DNA of 64,000 bases from Eledone cirrhosa. Taxonomy: Eukaryota. Position numbers and translations under genes: made by a program. The stretch covers positions 286,440,001 through 286,504,000 of the forward strand of contig OZ024740.1 in the NCBI GenBank assembly GCA_964016885.1, read 5' to 3'. Positions 35,609-47,870 of this stretch are shown here, piece after piece; the stretch's first letter is position 1; each line of letters opens with the position of its first letter. Below the pieces are notes generated by a model. It was not told the DNA's origin. It saw only the letters and a list, made by a program, of their open reading frames with translations, and searched no databases.

Positions 35609-37122
35609 TCACATCAATTAACAAACCTAACATTTGTGTATGTATGTTGGTGTGTGTATGTGGGTGTGTGTTTGTTGGTGTGTGTGTATTGGCAAGTGTG
35701 TTAATGTGTGCATATAATAAATGGTGAAAATTTATTACATTTGCTCTGAATATATCATTTAAAATTATATACACATTCACATACACCTGCATGAACAAAC
35801 AATGCTAACAGAGGTAAGGATGTATATATATATATATTTAGAGTACTTCAAATTAAAAACAAACATAATTATTTTAACAGTATATTAAAATGTAGTGTTT
35901 TGGGCGAGGTGTGGTTTGTGGTTGTACTTATAAAAACGATGTAAAGAGAAACACTGAATGTGTGAATGTAGAGATGCTATAGAGTAAAAGTCATAGCCTT
36001 GTGCCTGGTACAGTCACTAATTTAGTGGCTCACAGGCAGTCAGCGAAAATTGCCATTCAACTGTTGTAGCCACATCTGGTGTTGATTGTGAGGTTGACTG
36101 CCTAGGGTCTCCTCTAAAGGGGTCCCTGGTTCTTTATCAGAAGTGACCAAATACATATGAAACAAAAATATGCCATATTTTCATAAAAACAACAATAAGA
36201 CACGAATTTACTATATTAATCGTGGGCCAGATTGCTGAGAAAATATGCAATTAATATAAAAATGGTAGTAAAAGAGAGAGAATGTAGAGTTGCTAATGTG
36301 TGTTGAATTACTGGAATTGAGATCTGGCCAGGCAGAAAACATATGGAGTATAAGATAGCTGTACGTAGTTTTGAAGCCATATGTTAACATGGATTTGAAC
36401 AGTTGCGACCAATGTGTAAAGTGTAACTGTGACTGTGGGGTGTGCAGCTGCACACAGTTGTGTTGGCTAGTCCATACTTTCAAGTGGCAGTTCGTTTGTC
36501 CACCCCTTTCGCCTGCCTTTTGCTGTATGTGGTCCTAGATGTATGTATTGCCTGCTTGTGTGTTTTTTCTTTATTTTTCTCTTTCTTTTTTCCTTTCCTT
36601 TTTATTCTTCTTTAATTATTTGTAATGTTATTTATACAACTCTTTAGTAGATAAAAATATTTTATATTTAGTTGAAGGTTGAAAGAAAAGAAAAAACTCT
36701 TGCAAATCCCATGTAAAACATCCACATACAAAAGCAATGGACTTGTATTAATATGAACATTTGCTGAATTATATGGAGGTGTAAATGGACTTGTATTAAT
36801 ATGAACATTTGTTGAATTATATGGAGGTGTAAATAAAAACATAATTCAATGAAAAAATCAAAATGAAATGTATATGAAAAAGAAATAAAACATTAGAAAT
36901 ATGATGCAGTTAGGAGTTTAAAGATTTTTTAAATTTTTGTTCTTTCTTCTTGTGTGTTGTTTTCTGTGTTTTCATGCTGCTTGCTGTTATTGCTCATAGG
37001 TCAATTTTTTTTTTAAACAGCAGGAAGTTGTAGACATATCGGTTTTCTTGTTAGGAAAAACAACAAGTGAAAGCAATACGATACAGTGATGATATATATT
37101 AATTCAATGCTTGATATATTAA

Positions 37123-37342
37123 CCCTTTAGCATTTAAACCAGCTGTATCCAGCAAGAATTCTCTCACCTGTTTCTGTTCAAACTGGCTGTAACCGGCCAC
37201 TCATACTGATGTTAAGGTATTGTTCTCAAAATAAATAATATCGAAATTTCATAGATTCGATATTATGTGAGATATTATGTAAGATAAAGTCTTTACTACT
37301 AAAATACATAAGTCTATATAGAGTAATGTAAATACTAAAGGG
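37123..37342. mobile_element. piggyBac-type MITE
   Basis: TTAA|CCCTTTAGCATTTA ... TAAATACTAAAGGG|TTAA: 14-bp TIRs with 1 mismatch and TTAA target duplication. Confidence 0.85.
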
Positions 37343-38155
37343 TTAAGGAAAGAATCTTTAGGTTTCAGGCGTTAATCCTTCATCGGAAGATAGAATGAGA
37401 GAGAGAAGGAGAAATTGAAAGATAGATGAAAATAAAAAAAGAAAGAAAAAAGGTAGAACATTTTTTCAGGAGGAAAGTATGTGTAATTATTCAGTCATTT
37501 TCAAAAAGTCCAGGATTGAAAGGGACTCATAAATTAAAGAATTACAAGATAAGCATCATGGAGTTAGAATTCTTATGTGTGTGAGTGTATTTGTTTGTAA
37601 AAAGCTGTGAGAGTATTAAGGTCGTGATGTGCATTAAACCATGATGTGGTTGAAAATCTATTGTTTGTGTAGTGTTCTTTATGTGCAAGAGTGTGCAGGA
37701 GTTATAGAGGCTGACATTTTAGGTGTGCATGTAGGCATACACGAGTGTGTATGCATATCTATACATGATCACATGTGTGCTTGGTTGATGCTTTTATTTT
37801 AATTTATTTATGCATATATATATATATAATTAAAATTTTTCCACAGATCCGATGTGGTTTTTGTTATGATAACACTGGTCTGAGGCTCAGGCAGTTTTGG
37901 AATCTCGACTGGAGTGTCAACCTGAATCACGAGCAAGCTGTTTAGGAAACATTTGTAACCAGGTTTGAGCAATAAATCTCTTATGTAACACCTCCACTTT
38001 GTTCTTATTATATACACTCTGCTCTGCATTGAGTGCTGACTTTGGTACTCTCACCAGTTTCCTTCAGACATACTGGACCTTCTGCACATATATACATATA
38101 TATATAAATATATATATAAATATATATATATATATGTATATATATTATTAGATAT

Positions 38156-38490
38156 GGAGGCACATGGCTTAGTGGTTAGAGCATTGGTCTTGCAATCGAA
38201 AGGTTGTGAGTTCAATTCTCAGACCGGGTGATGTGTTGTTTCCTTGAGCAAGACACTTTGTTTCACATTGCTCCAGTTTACTCAGCTGTAGAAATGAGAT
38301 GATAGGGACTGGAGTCCATATCATTCCACTGCAAAGTGGTCGTGTAGGTGCCACGGCAAAAAAGCACCCAGCACTCACTGTAAATGAGGTTGGTGTTAGG
38401 AAGAGCATCCAGCTGTAGAAATCAAGCCAGAATCAGTTCCCGTCCCACCCTTGCAAGCAGGGAAAAAGCGGACGTAAAATGAAATGATGA
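38156..38490 (+). mobile_element. Second tRNA-derived SINE family (CORE-like body) with an RTE-derived 3' tail
   Basis: Head GGAGGCACATGGCTTAGTGG...GAGTTCAATTC; CCTTGAGCAAGACACTT block; tail CCCGTCCCACCCTTGCAAGCAGGGAAAAAGCGGACGTAAAATG nearly identical to the 3' end of RTE 27040-30295. Confidence 0.8.
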
Positions 38491-38609
38491 TTAATTCAAC
38501 AATGAAAATAATAACAACAAAATTATTTTACTTATTCATATCTATGGTACAGACCCTACCACGAAGGGTACACCACATTGAAAAAAAAAAAAAATATATA
38601 TATATATAC

Positions 38610-39163
38610 AGTATATGAAAGGCAGACTGATGCGTGCATATGAACAGCAATGTTACATGGTAGTGAGACCTGGGGGTTGTGTGCAGAAGACTTGTGTGGA
38701 TTAGAAAGAAACCTCTGGCGTTATGCAGTAATACAGAAGCTCCAAGTTCCCATGGGTATAAGCTGAAGCTGAAGCATATCGACAATATGCTCCCACTGTA
38801 AAGTGGTTGTGTAGGTGCCACGACAAAAAACACCCAGCCCACACTGTAAAGTGGTTGTGTAGGTGCCACGACAAAAAACACCCAGCCCACACTGTAAAGT
38901 GGTTGTGTAGGTGCCACGACAAAAAACACCCAGCCCACACTGTAAAGTGGTCGTGTAGGCACCACGGTAAAAAAGCACCCAGCACTCACTGTAAATGAGG
39001 TTGGTGTTAGGAAGGGCATCCAGCTGTAGAAACCGAGCCAAAATCAGTCCTGTATGAGCAAGACATGATCACTTAACCTGGCATTGCCCACAACAGGACA
39101 ACCCGTCTAACCCATGCTGGCGTGGAAACATTGACGTAAAACGGCGATGATGATGATGATGAT
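38610..39163 (+). mobile_element. Internally deleted RTE 3' end with a 48-bp tandem array at 38794-39000
   Basis: MKGRL..HGSETW..ERN coding remnant, then units CACTGTAAAGTGGTTGTGTAGGTGCCACGACAAAAAACACCCAGCCCA at 38794, 38842, 38890 and 38938, then a (GAT)n tail. Confidence 0.85.
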
Positions 39164-40746
39164 ATATATATATATATATACATAGATAAAATATTTTAAA
39201 TGTCTTCTTTGTTAAATTGTTAAATCTTTTATATTTCTTTCATTTATTATCTGCCATATTATGTTCTAATTAGGTATTGTCACTTTATGACTGTATTGTT
39301 AAGAGTTAGCTCTAGTATGGATTTTCATACCAGTTATTATTGAGCAAGTTCTGTGAACGCCAGGAACAAAATAATAGCAAAGGCTTCTACGCCCCTAGTA
39401 TTGCATCAATCTAAATTACTATTATAGTTTACTCCCAATAATTTGATTTGATCAGTTTACTTCTTTGTTGAGCCCATCATGCTACTTTGAAATTTACAGT
39501 AACTACTTGAGCAGCATACAAAAGTATCACCATTGTGATCTTTGCCTCTCTGTAGAAGATGACTTGGATTTTCAGCTGTTTGTTCAAAGGATAGCCTGCT
39601 GAGGAGATCCTGGAAGTCCTAATTGCTAATTAACAATTTCTAATACCTGTGATCAGCAATTTTTTTAGCGTGTAGCAAAAAATAGTGCTACTTTATCGTA
39701 GCGGAGTAATTTGGTCGTGCTTGGTCAGTTGCCAGTCCTTAGGGTTGGTGGAGTAGGAATACTAAGAATGACTTCCGCCCAGCAGTCGATTTTGCGCCAT
39801 ACAGTGTGACTCGCTTCCTGATTTTCTTGATCTTGCCCTCTAAAGCCGAGGGTAATCTCGATATATAACTCTGTGGAGAATTACATTTATCGTTGTACTT
39901 GATTATGCAATATGTTTGCAGCTCTTCATTCGCCTTGAACTTAAAGAAAATAAATCTTTATTATGTTTTGAAATATGCCTTCTGATCTTTTCTGCTACCA
40001 TGGAATATGAACATCATTATTACATCTCTGTTTTCCTGAAGTAGTAATCACTACTAACATACAAGTCCAACATTGAATTGCTACCTTTATGAATTGTACC
40101 GTTGTGAATCTCTCTTGAATGCTTTTCTGCTACCATTACAACAAAAGTACTTATTACTAAAGGCGAATTGAAACCATATGGTCAAGGTATTTGAAATGTA
40201 AGTTTTTTTAACATTTTCTTTGTGAAATTGTGAAATTTCTTAGATTTCTTTCATTTACTACCTGTCCGATTATGTTCTATTTGAGTATCATCTCTTCATG
40301 ACTGCATCGTTAAGAGTTAGCTCTAGTGAGGAATTTTTTAAACCTGTTATTATTCAACAAGTTCTGTGAATGTCCAAATCAAAATAATAGCTAAGGATTC
40401 TATCCATCTAACATTGTACCAATCAAAATTCCAATTATAAATTATAAATTTGGTATAAATATATATATATCGGTATTTGAGGAATTTGAGGATACAGAGT
40501 TTAGCTTTGTATAGTGAGTGCTGACACTTTTTCCCATCTACATGGGTATTTTTACCTGATTTGCTAAACTATTATTTATAGCTATCAACTGTTGTTTCAG
40601 TTATTTTCTGAACTTGGAATTCCCACAAATTTCAAATCACCAGCACTTCAATAATTCATAAGATATATATATATAGACATACATATATATATATAGAATA
40701 AGAAAATGCAAAGTAGTTTCAGATGTTAAAGTCCTTTATTGATAAT

Positions 40747-40821
40747 GCTGTGATACATATTTCAATGACGACAGTGGCCACACGATTCCGTGTACCCAGT
40801 GCCATGACATCATCAGACAGC
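40747..40821 (-). ncRNA. Type I hammerhead ribozyme motif with long stem II
   Basis: Minus strand: GCTGT-CTGATGA-[TG..ATGGCA.TGG.TACACG gaat CGTGTG.CCA.TGTCGT CA TT]-GAAA-TA TG T-ATC|ACAGC. AATAAA follows 3' of the ribozyme (40735-40740). Confidence 0.7.
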
Positions 40822-40917
40822 TTCTTACATAATAAGGTTACATTCCCGAGGCAATCCAAATTGAATCGACAAGGGAACGGACAAAGCAGTTGTTCTTGAA
40901 TTCTCTGCCCGTTCCCT

Positions 40918-40952
<35 letters not shown>

Positions 40953-41359
40953 GGTTATGTGTCATGACAGTACTGAACTGCTAGAATTGGGGAGATTAGT
41001 GTTTTGTGTGGATGTGTTGAATTTGAAGACCACAATGTTGGGATGGGCAATCCTGCTGAAGCCAAACTGCAACCCAAATTGCATAATATTTGCTGATATT
41101 AGGCAATACTCTGCTTATAACACTTTTTATAACAACTGTTATAGACAATGCTGTACAGAAATGCGATCTGGCCAGGAATTTGATATTGAAATATCATTAC
41201 CAAAACACTACCATCTTACTTACTGATTAACTATTGTGTACAATCTGACTGATAGCTTGCATTGTCTTACTTGTGAGCCTATTAACTCTTTCAGTGGCTG
41301 GAGCTCACTGAAGTAAATTCAGTGACCTTTGTAAACTGTGTGTGTGTGTGTGTGTGTGT

Positions 41360-41645
41360 ATATAGAATGTAGTGTGCGAGAGAGGAGACTGAGGTGGTAT
41401 GGACATGTGATGCACATGGAGGATTACCGATGGGTGAAGAAGTGCCAGGAAATGCCAGTTGAAGGAAGACGTGGTAGAGGTAGACCACGAAAAACATGGG
41501 CGGAGGTGGTGAGAACAGACCTCAGATTATTGAAGTTCACGGTGGAGATGACGAAGGACCGTGACAAGTGGAGAGATGCTGTGCTGAATAAGACCCGTCC
41601 CACCCTTGCAAGCAGGGAAAAGCGGACGTAAAATGATGATGATGA
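41360..41645 (+). mobile_element. Short 5'-truncated RTE 3' end
   Basis: Nearly identical to 30004-30290 (…RPTLASREKRT* plus (GAT)n); flanked by TG/TA repeats. Confidence 0.93.
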
Positions 41646-42758
41646 TATATATATACATATATATATATATACACATACATGCATATATTTACATACACAC
41701 ACATATATATACACATATATATACATACATACATATATCGCTCCACCCACACCTCTTCACACACACACACACATCCTACTAACACCTCTACTAATACACC
41801 CCCACCCCCCACATGACCCCCTCCCCACTCCACCTTTCACACCTATCCATCCTCTGCCCTGTCCACCGCACCTCCGCACACACTGACACACTGACTTTCT
41901 CCACCTGCCATTCTCCTCTACTGCTGCTATGCCTTCTCCTGCCTTGACCCTCTGACCACTTCTCCGCACACACAGACACACAGTCCTCTCCACCTGTCAT
42001 TCTCCTCTACCTTCATCCTGCCTTGACCCTCCGACCACTTCCTGTTGCATGCGCACCCCACATCTCCCCTCTTCCGACCACCACAACCAACGGATTACAC
42101 ACCACCGGCCATCGTTCCAACTATCCCCTCCATAACATGGAAAATATCCGGCACCTCTTCACATCCTCTACGGAACTACCTTAGGAACTTACCCACGGAC
42201 ATACACTCACATTTTTTTTTAATCACACCACCTACATCCACAAAATGTATAAACACCAACACACATGTGCGTAGCCCCACATATATACACACTCAGCCTC
42301 CGGAATCCTCACCCACCCACCCTTCCCCCACCCCTCTGACCCCTCCCCATCCACACGCGCACACACACCGACCTACACCCCACCCCAAACACACACCTTT
42401 TCCTGAACATGGAACCTCGTTCTTCCCCCAACTCTCACATTCACATACACACACACACACACACATGTACACCTACAAACATACACAAACACCACCTTCA
42501 ACCCCCCCCCCCCCGCTCGGACACCCCGCCTCCCTCTCCCCACTCCACCCGCCACCACCCCTACACGCCCCACACCCTTCCACCACTTGTTTATCTTCAT
42601 GTTTATTTTTATTTTTATTTGTACGCCCTTCCACCGTCCTCCCCCCTTTCTCTAAATGTCTCTCCACCACTCCCCACACCCCCTTGGAACTCTCTTCCCA
42701 CCCACTTTTCTCCTGAAGAAGGGCTTATGCCTCTCTGTTTTGTTCCCGTTCCATTTTT

Positions 42759-42798
<40 letters not shown>

Positions 42799-42873
42799 AT
42801 ATTAGGAAAATTTAATAGATGCAATTCCCTATAAAATTATGCATTGAATTATAATTATTTTACTAATGAGGAA

Positions 42874-43056
42874 AATTGTTTCTACTTTTGGCACAAGGCC
42901 AGCAATTATCCCAGTACATTACTGGTACTTTATTTTATCGACCCCGTAAGGATGGAAGGCAAAATTAACCTCGGCAGGATTTGAACTCAGTTCGTAAAGG
43001 AACGTAACTATGCTGGAAAGCATGTCCGACCCCCCATCGATACTGCCAATTCACCG
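42874..43056 (-). mobile_element. tRNA-derived SINE
   Basis: Reverse complement of the 11149-type SINE. Confidence 0.88.
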
Positions 43057-43148
43057 AATTAATAATAAAAATATAAAATTTACAGAAGTAATAATGAAAA
43101 TATAAAATGTTAGCAAACACAATTTAGCCAACTGAAACAAAGGTGAAA

Positions 43149-43182
<34 letters not shown>

Positions 43183-43233
43183 GGTGTTGGTGGTGGTGGT
43201 GGTGGTAGTACTAGTAATAGTAATGACTAAGAA

Positions 43234-44210
43234 CTAGCAGAATGGCCCGGCATTGCTCGGGCTTCTAAACATAGATTGGTATGTTTATCCCTCCTTTCTG
43301 AAACAGTACAGAGAAGTACGGAATACCTCAGCCTGGGGATCGTGTCTACATTTTGTGCTTAGGCAAATAATTTTCCATTAAGATTTTTCAAAAGCATGTA
43401 ATTGCGTTCCCTCTCTTTTTTGTTGTTGTTTTAGCTGTTGTTGGTGTGATAGCAGCCGCTGGTTGTACTACTAACACAGTCTCGTCCTTCTTCAGCCAAT
43501 CGTGTATATCCCCTTCTGCATTGTCTACCTAAACAAAGATTGTAGCACCTCCTTGTGTCAAAAGTAGTGGGACTTTTTGGGTGGCATATCGGCAGTAACA
43601 ATGATGATAAGCTGTCTGTGCTTTCGTGAAATAAATAAGTTTGTTTATATTTTGTTTTTGTGTATACAAACATATCTGTACACGAATATATAATTATATA
43701 TATATATATATATTAAAATAACAGATTAAAGTTTAAGCAAAGAATCGCTGCATTCACCCTTAACGAGATCTTCTGAAACGCAGAAGTAAATATTTCGAAA
43801 AACGTTGCAACCGAAGGAAAACAGGAAGACGATATTTTGGCTCATGAAGACGTTCCCTGACAATGAACAGAAAATAGCAATGAGAACAATTTTTGTCAAA
43901 ATGTCGTAATGTAGACAGCCAGACATACAGACAGATATTATAAGGGCGCAGCATTATAGCTATGTATCTATCTAAACAGACAGACTAAGAAAGAGAGAGA
44001 GATTGATAACCGGCGCCTAACACCCCTTTAACAACAGAAAATTGAAAAATAAAAACCTGCAGTTAATATCTTTAGACCGCAAGGAATATATAAATGGAAG
44101 TTTGAAGTCAATCGGAGTAGAAATGTGGATTTGTATAGACTTTGCAAAAATGAGGACACAGACAATTTCACACACACACAGACAATTTCAGTTTTATATA
44201 TATGTATAGA
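43234..44210 (-). mobile_element. Non-autonomous Helitron
   Basis: Minus strand starts A|TC at 44210 and ends CTAG|T at 43234. GC-rich subterminal hairpin GCCCG..CGGGC (43245-43262) lies 7 nt from the CTAG. No TSD, inserted in AT; a second 5' end occurs at 26783. Confidence 0.82.
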
Positions 44211-44529
44211 TAAGGGAATTGAAAGAAACCTAATAACAAACAGTTTTATATGTAGGCGAGAAAATTATAACTTTAATTTCATTAAACAACTGTTTTCATA
44301 AATTAATTGTTAATTAAAAAAGATTGTTATGTAACTCAATGGATACAGCATGGTCAAATAGTAGAGATATTTGCTTTTCAAACAATAGGTTCCAGGTTTG
44401 ATCCCACTGCGTGGCATCTTGTTCCAGTTTTGTTTACTACATCAGGTTAATCCAAGTCTGTGAATGAAATTGAGTAGAGTGAAACTATTTGGAAGCTTAT
44501 TAGATGAATTGTACATCATTTTCACTATT

Positions 44530-46215
44530 GAAGACTATTGAAGACCAGAGTGTACTGTCTCCACCACCTATGACACCGGATTCTATTACAACTATGGAAT
44601 TTACACCTGCAATGCTACAATGTCACCTTAAAAATAAACGCAACCATGCCTCTTCTGGTCTTGATGGTGTTATGTACCTGCTTCTCAAACGTGGTGGGTA
44701 CTTCCTGCTGCACCAGCTATCATGCTTCTTCCAATTCTGTCTGAACAACGGTGCTACTCCAGAACAGTGGAAAACTGCCAGTATCATTCCTCTGTTCAAA
44801 AAGAGTGACCGCACATCACCTGTGAACTATCGTCCAGTCAGTCTTACTAGCTGCATTGCCAAACTGATGGAATCCTGTGTCAGAGAAACACTTTGGAACT
44901 TCTGGAACTCTCACAGTCTTATCCGGCCCTCGCAATTTAGATTTATCCTTAACTCCAGCTGCTGTGATCAACTTATCAAGTTTCCTGAAGACATCACCCG
45001 GATCACTGATGGCGGCTCATGGGTGGATGTTGTTTACATCTTTTGCTAAAGCTTTCAATTCTGTGCCACACAAAAGGCTTATGGCAAAACTCTCTGCAAT
45101 GGGTGTGAAGGATGATCTTTTTAACTGGTTGAAGTCCTTCATTTTCAGTCGAAGAGAGGTAGTCACGGTTCCAGGACAGCATTCCTCACCATATGAAATG
45201 TCATCTGGTGTACCATAGGGATCTGTTCTTGGCCCCCTTTTGTTTGTGGCATATATTAATGACATAGATGCCAACTTAAAGAATGCCACAGTACTGAAAT
45301 ATGCAGATGACATCAAGCTGTACCTTGAGATAAAAAGGACAGATCCTGAACACTATAGATCTTGCCAGCAATCTGACCTGGACACAATGCAACAATGGAT
45401 CACAGACTGGCAACTCAAGCTAGCTGTGGACAAGTGCACCACCATGCATTTTGGGAGTAAAAACTCAGCGTCCGCATACTCCCTCCACAACACTAATATC
45501 AAGAAGTCTTCTTGTGAACGTATCAAGAAGGCCGAGGGTGTCTTAGCATCACTCAGCAAGACCTTTGTCAGCCGCTCTCCAGCTATCTATTTAAAGCTGT
45601 ACATAGCTATGGTGCGGCCACACTTAGAATTTGCATCACCTGTCCGGAACCCCTATTTTGCTCAGAACATTGACCGCCTGGAAACTGTTCAGAGACGTGC
45701 AACCAAGCGAATACCCTCCATCAGGCATCTACCATACTCTGAACGCCTTGCTTCCCTGGGCATGGATACATTGAAGCTCCGACGTCTGGCAACTGACTTG
45801 GTAGACACCAGCGAAATTATTAACCATCTTGCCAACAACAACCCTGAGCATCTTTTTGATTTCCATGTGTCTAACACACGTGGACATGTCCACAAAGTCA
45901 GAAAGCAGCACAGTTCCCATGACTTTCAGAAACATTTTTTAATGTTCAGAGTTGCTGAAGCATGGAACAAACTACCTGCATCAGTTGTTAGCTGTCGAAA
46001 CACTGCATCCTTTTAAAACCTCCATGCTTCCTGAGATTCACCAACACTAGACCTAATATTCCCCCTCCATACACACACACACATGTATATCATGACTCAT
46101 ACACTATTCACTTCCCTGACATTTGTATATTATTCTATGTACTATACATGCACCTTTGATGAGTTGTAGTGCACCTGAGCACTTTACACAATAATTTCAT
46201 TATTATTTCATTATT
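44530..46215 (+). mobile_element. 5'-truncated CR1-like LINE
   Basis: SSGLDG, WKTASIIPLFKK, NYRPVSLTS, AKAFNSVPH, SGVP.GSVLGP, KYADDIKL, VRPHLEFAS, TRGHVHK and AWNKLP; ATT-rich tail. Confidence 0.92.
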
Positions 46216-46219
46216 ATCA

Positions 46220-47870
46220 TCACCCTCACCATTTTTAGTAGTATATTTGTCCATGCTCACATGAGTTAGATGAGTTCTTTCCAGTACAACCTCTTTCCAC
46301 TTGTTCTTTCATTTGTCATATCCTTATTGACGTTCAGTTTCTTGGGACCAGCTTTCTCCATTTCTGTCCATATCTTTCTTAGTCTCTCTTTTCCATAGTT
46401 TCTGTCCAATTGGAACTCCTGGTTTTCTTTCATGTGCAATAATGTTACAAATCCAATGGAATAATTTTGATATTTTTCTCCCCAGCATCCACATATCCTC
46501 TGCATTTACTGCCTATGTATCACAGCCATGCAACATTGAGCTTTTCACACAGATATCACACAATCTACCTTTTGCTCAAAAGTTCAGAAGTTTACTGAAC
46601 TTTTTCTACCCTGTCTTATTTTAGTTACTATTTTTTCAGAGCAACCCCTCCACTGCTAATTAGATCACCTAAGCAACCGATGCTATCAACTACTATAGAA
46701 CCTTCTCTGGATTGGAAAAAGTTTATTTCACTGGTGCACCTATTACAGACTACCCCTGTGCATTTGCTACATACAAAGCCTACCTTCTCTGTTAGCATGC
46801 CTGCAACTCCAGTACACCTCTTGCGTATCCATATTTTATATTGAGTACAACATGCAGAATTCCTACACACGCTTTCTGCATATGGGATTTCCCTGATAGT
46901 TTTTATATTCACTTTTCTTTCCATATTGACATAGGTTGGAGAAAGGTCTTCTTCAGCTGGATGTACTTCTTAATGCCAACCCTCAGATATTTTGAAGTAT
47001 GATATACACACAATGGGCTTCAGCACGTATCATACATGTATCATACAATCTGCCCTTTATTTTGAGGGAAAAGCCTTTTGTAGCTAGCAGTGGTAGTAGC
47101 TCCCTGAACTTCTTCCATCCCATTCTCACTCTGGCTTCTGAACTTTCGAAACATTCGCCTCGGCTGCTAATTTGGCCTCCCAGGTAGCAGAAGCTGTCTA
47201 CTGCTTCTACCAAACCTTCCCAGAATTTGATAGCACTTGTTCCTTGTGGTCACTTGCTGCTTACTGCCTTGGTGCAATGGCCACATGTAAAACCTATGTT
47301 CTTAGCTAAACTATCTGAGATCCCACTATATCTCTTGTGTACCCATAGTTTGCATTTAGGACAGAGGATGGAATTTCTACCTATACCTTTCCTACACACC
47401 AAGTAAGGCCATTTCCCTGAGGTGGCCAGGGCTCTGTTTTCCCATTTAATTACTAGGACCTTAGTCTTTTCAGGTTGACTTTGTTTCTAGGCCATGCTTC
47501 CTGGTTTGGAATTCTTCTCTAATTCTGCCATAGATTTGGCTATGAGTGTAAGATCATCTGCATACAGGAGTTCCCATGGGCAGCCAGTCTTAAACTCCTC
47601 TGTTATAGCGGTGCAGAATGATAATAAACAGAAAAGGGCTAAGAACAGAGCCCTTGTGGACACCAACCTGTACGCTAAAGTCCTCACTATAGTTGTTAAT
47701 CCTAACTTTGCTGACTGATCCCCTATACGTGGCTTGTACAGCCTTCACAAGCTATTCATCTACTCCTAATTTTCTAAGCGCCCACCAGATTATGGTACAG
47801 GGGGCTCTGTTAAAAGCTTTCCCTAGATCAACAAATGCCAAGAAGTGGCAATGATGCTGCTGCACCAATC
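46220..47870 (-). mobile_element. Stacked degenerate RTE fragments
   Basis: EAVDSFCYLG..RVRMGWKKFRELLPLL, AITEEFKTGCPWELLYADD and PHD remnants. Confidence 0.85.

Noticed and set aside
35150-35798. Poly-Met, poly-Ile and poly-HT ORFs
   Set aside because: Translations of (GAT)n, (GGT)n and (CA)n microsatellites.
36736-36831. 48-bp two-copy tandem duplication (and a ~52-bp one at ~51518-51616)
   Set aside because: Simple local duplications with no structure or coding signal.
38794-39000. CRISPR-like regularly spaced repeats
   Set aside because: Units are contiguous 48-bp tandem copies with no unique spacers, inside an RTE 3' UTR of a eukaryote, and there are no cas genes.
42045-42834. 223-aa Pro/His/Thr-rich ORF and CTGAAGAAGG at ~42713
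   Set aside because: Low-complexity C/A-rich sequence without a recognisable domain; the CTGAAGA lacks a following stem II-GAAA. Possibly a PLE relic but unsupported.
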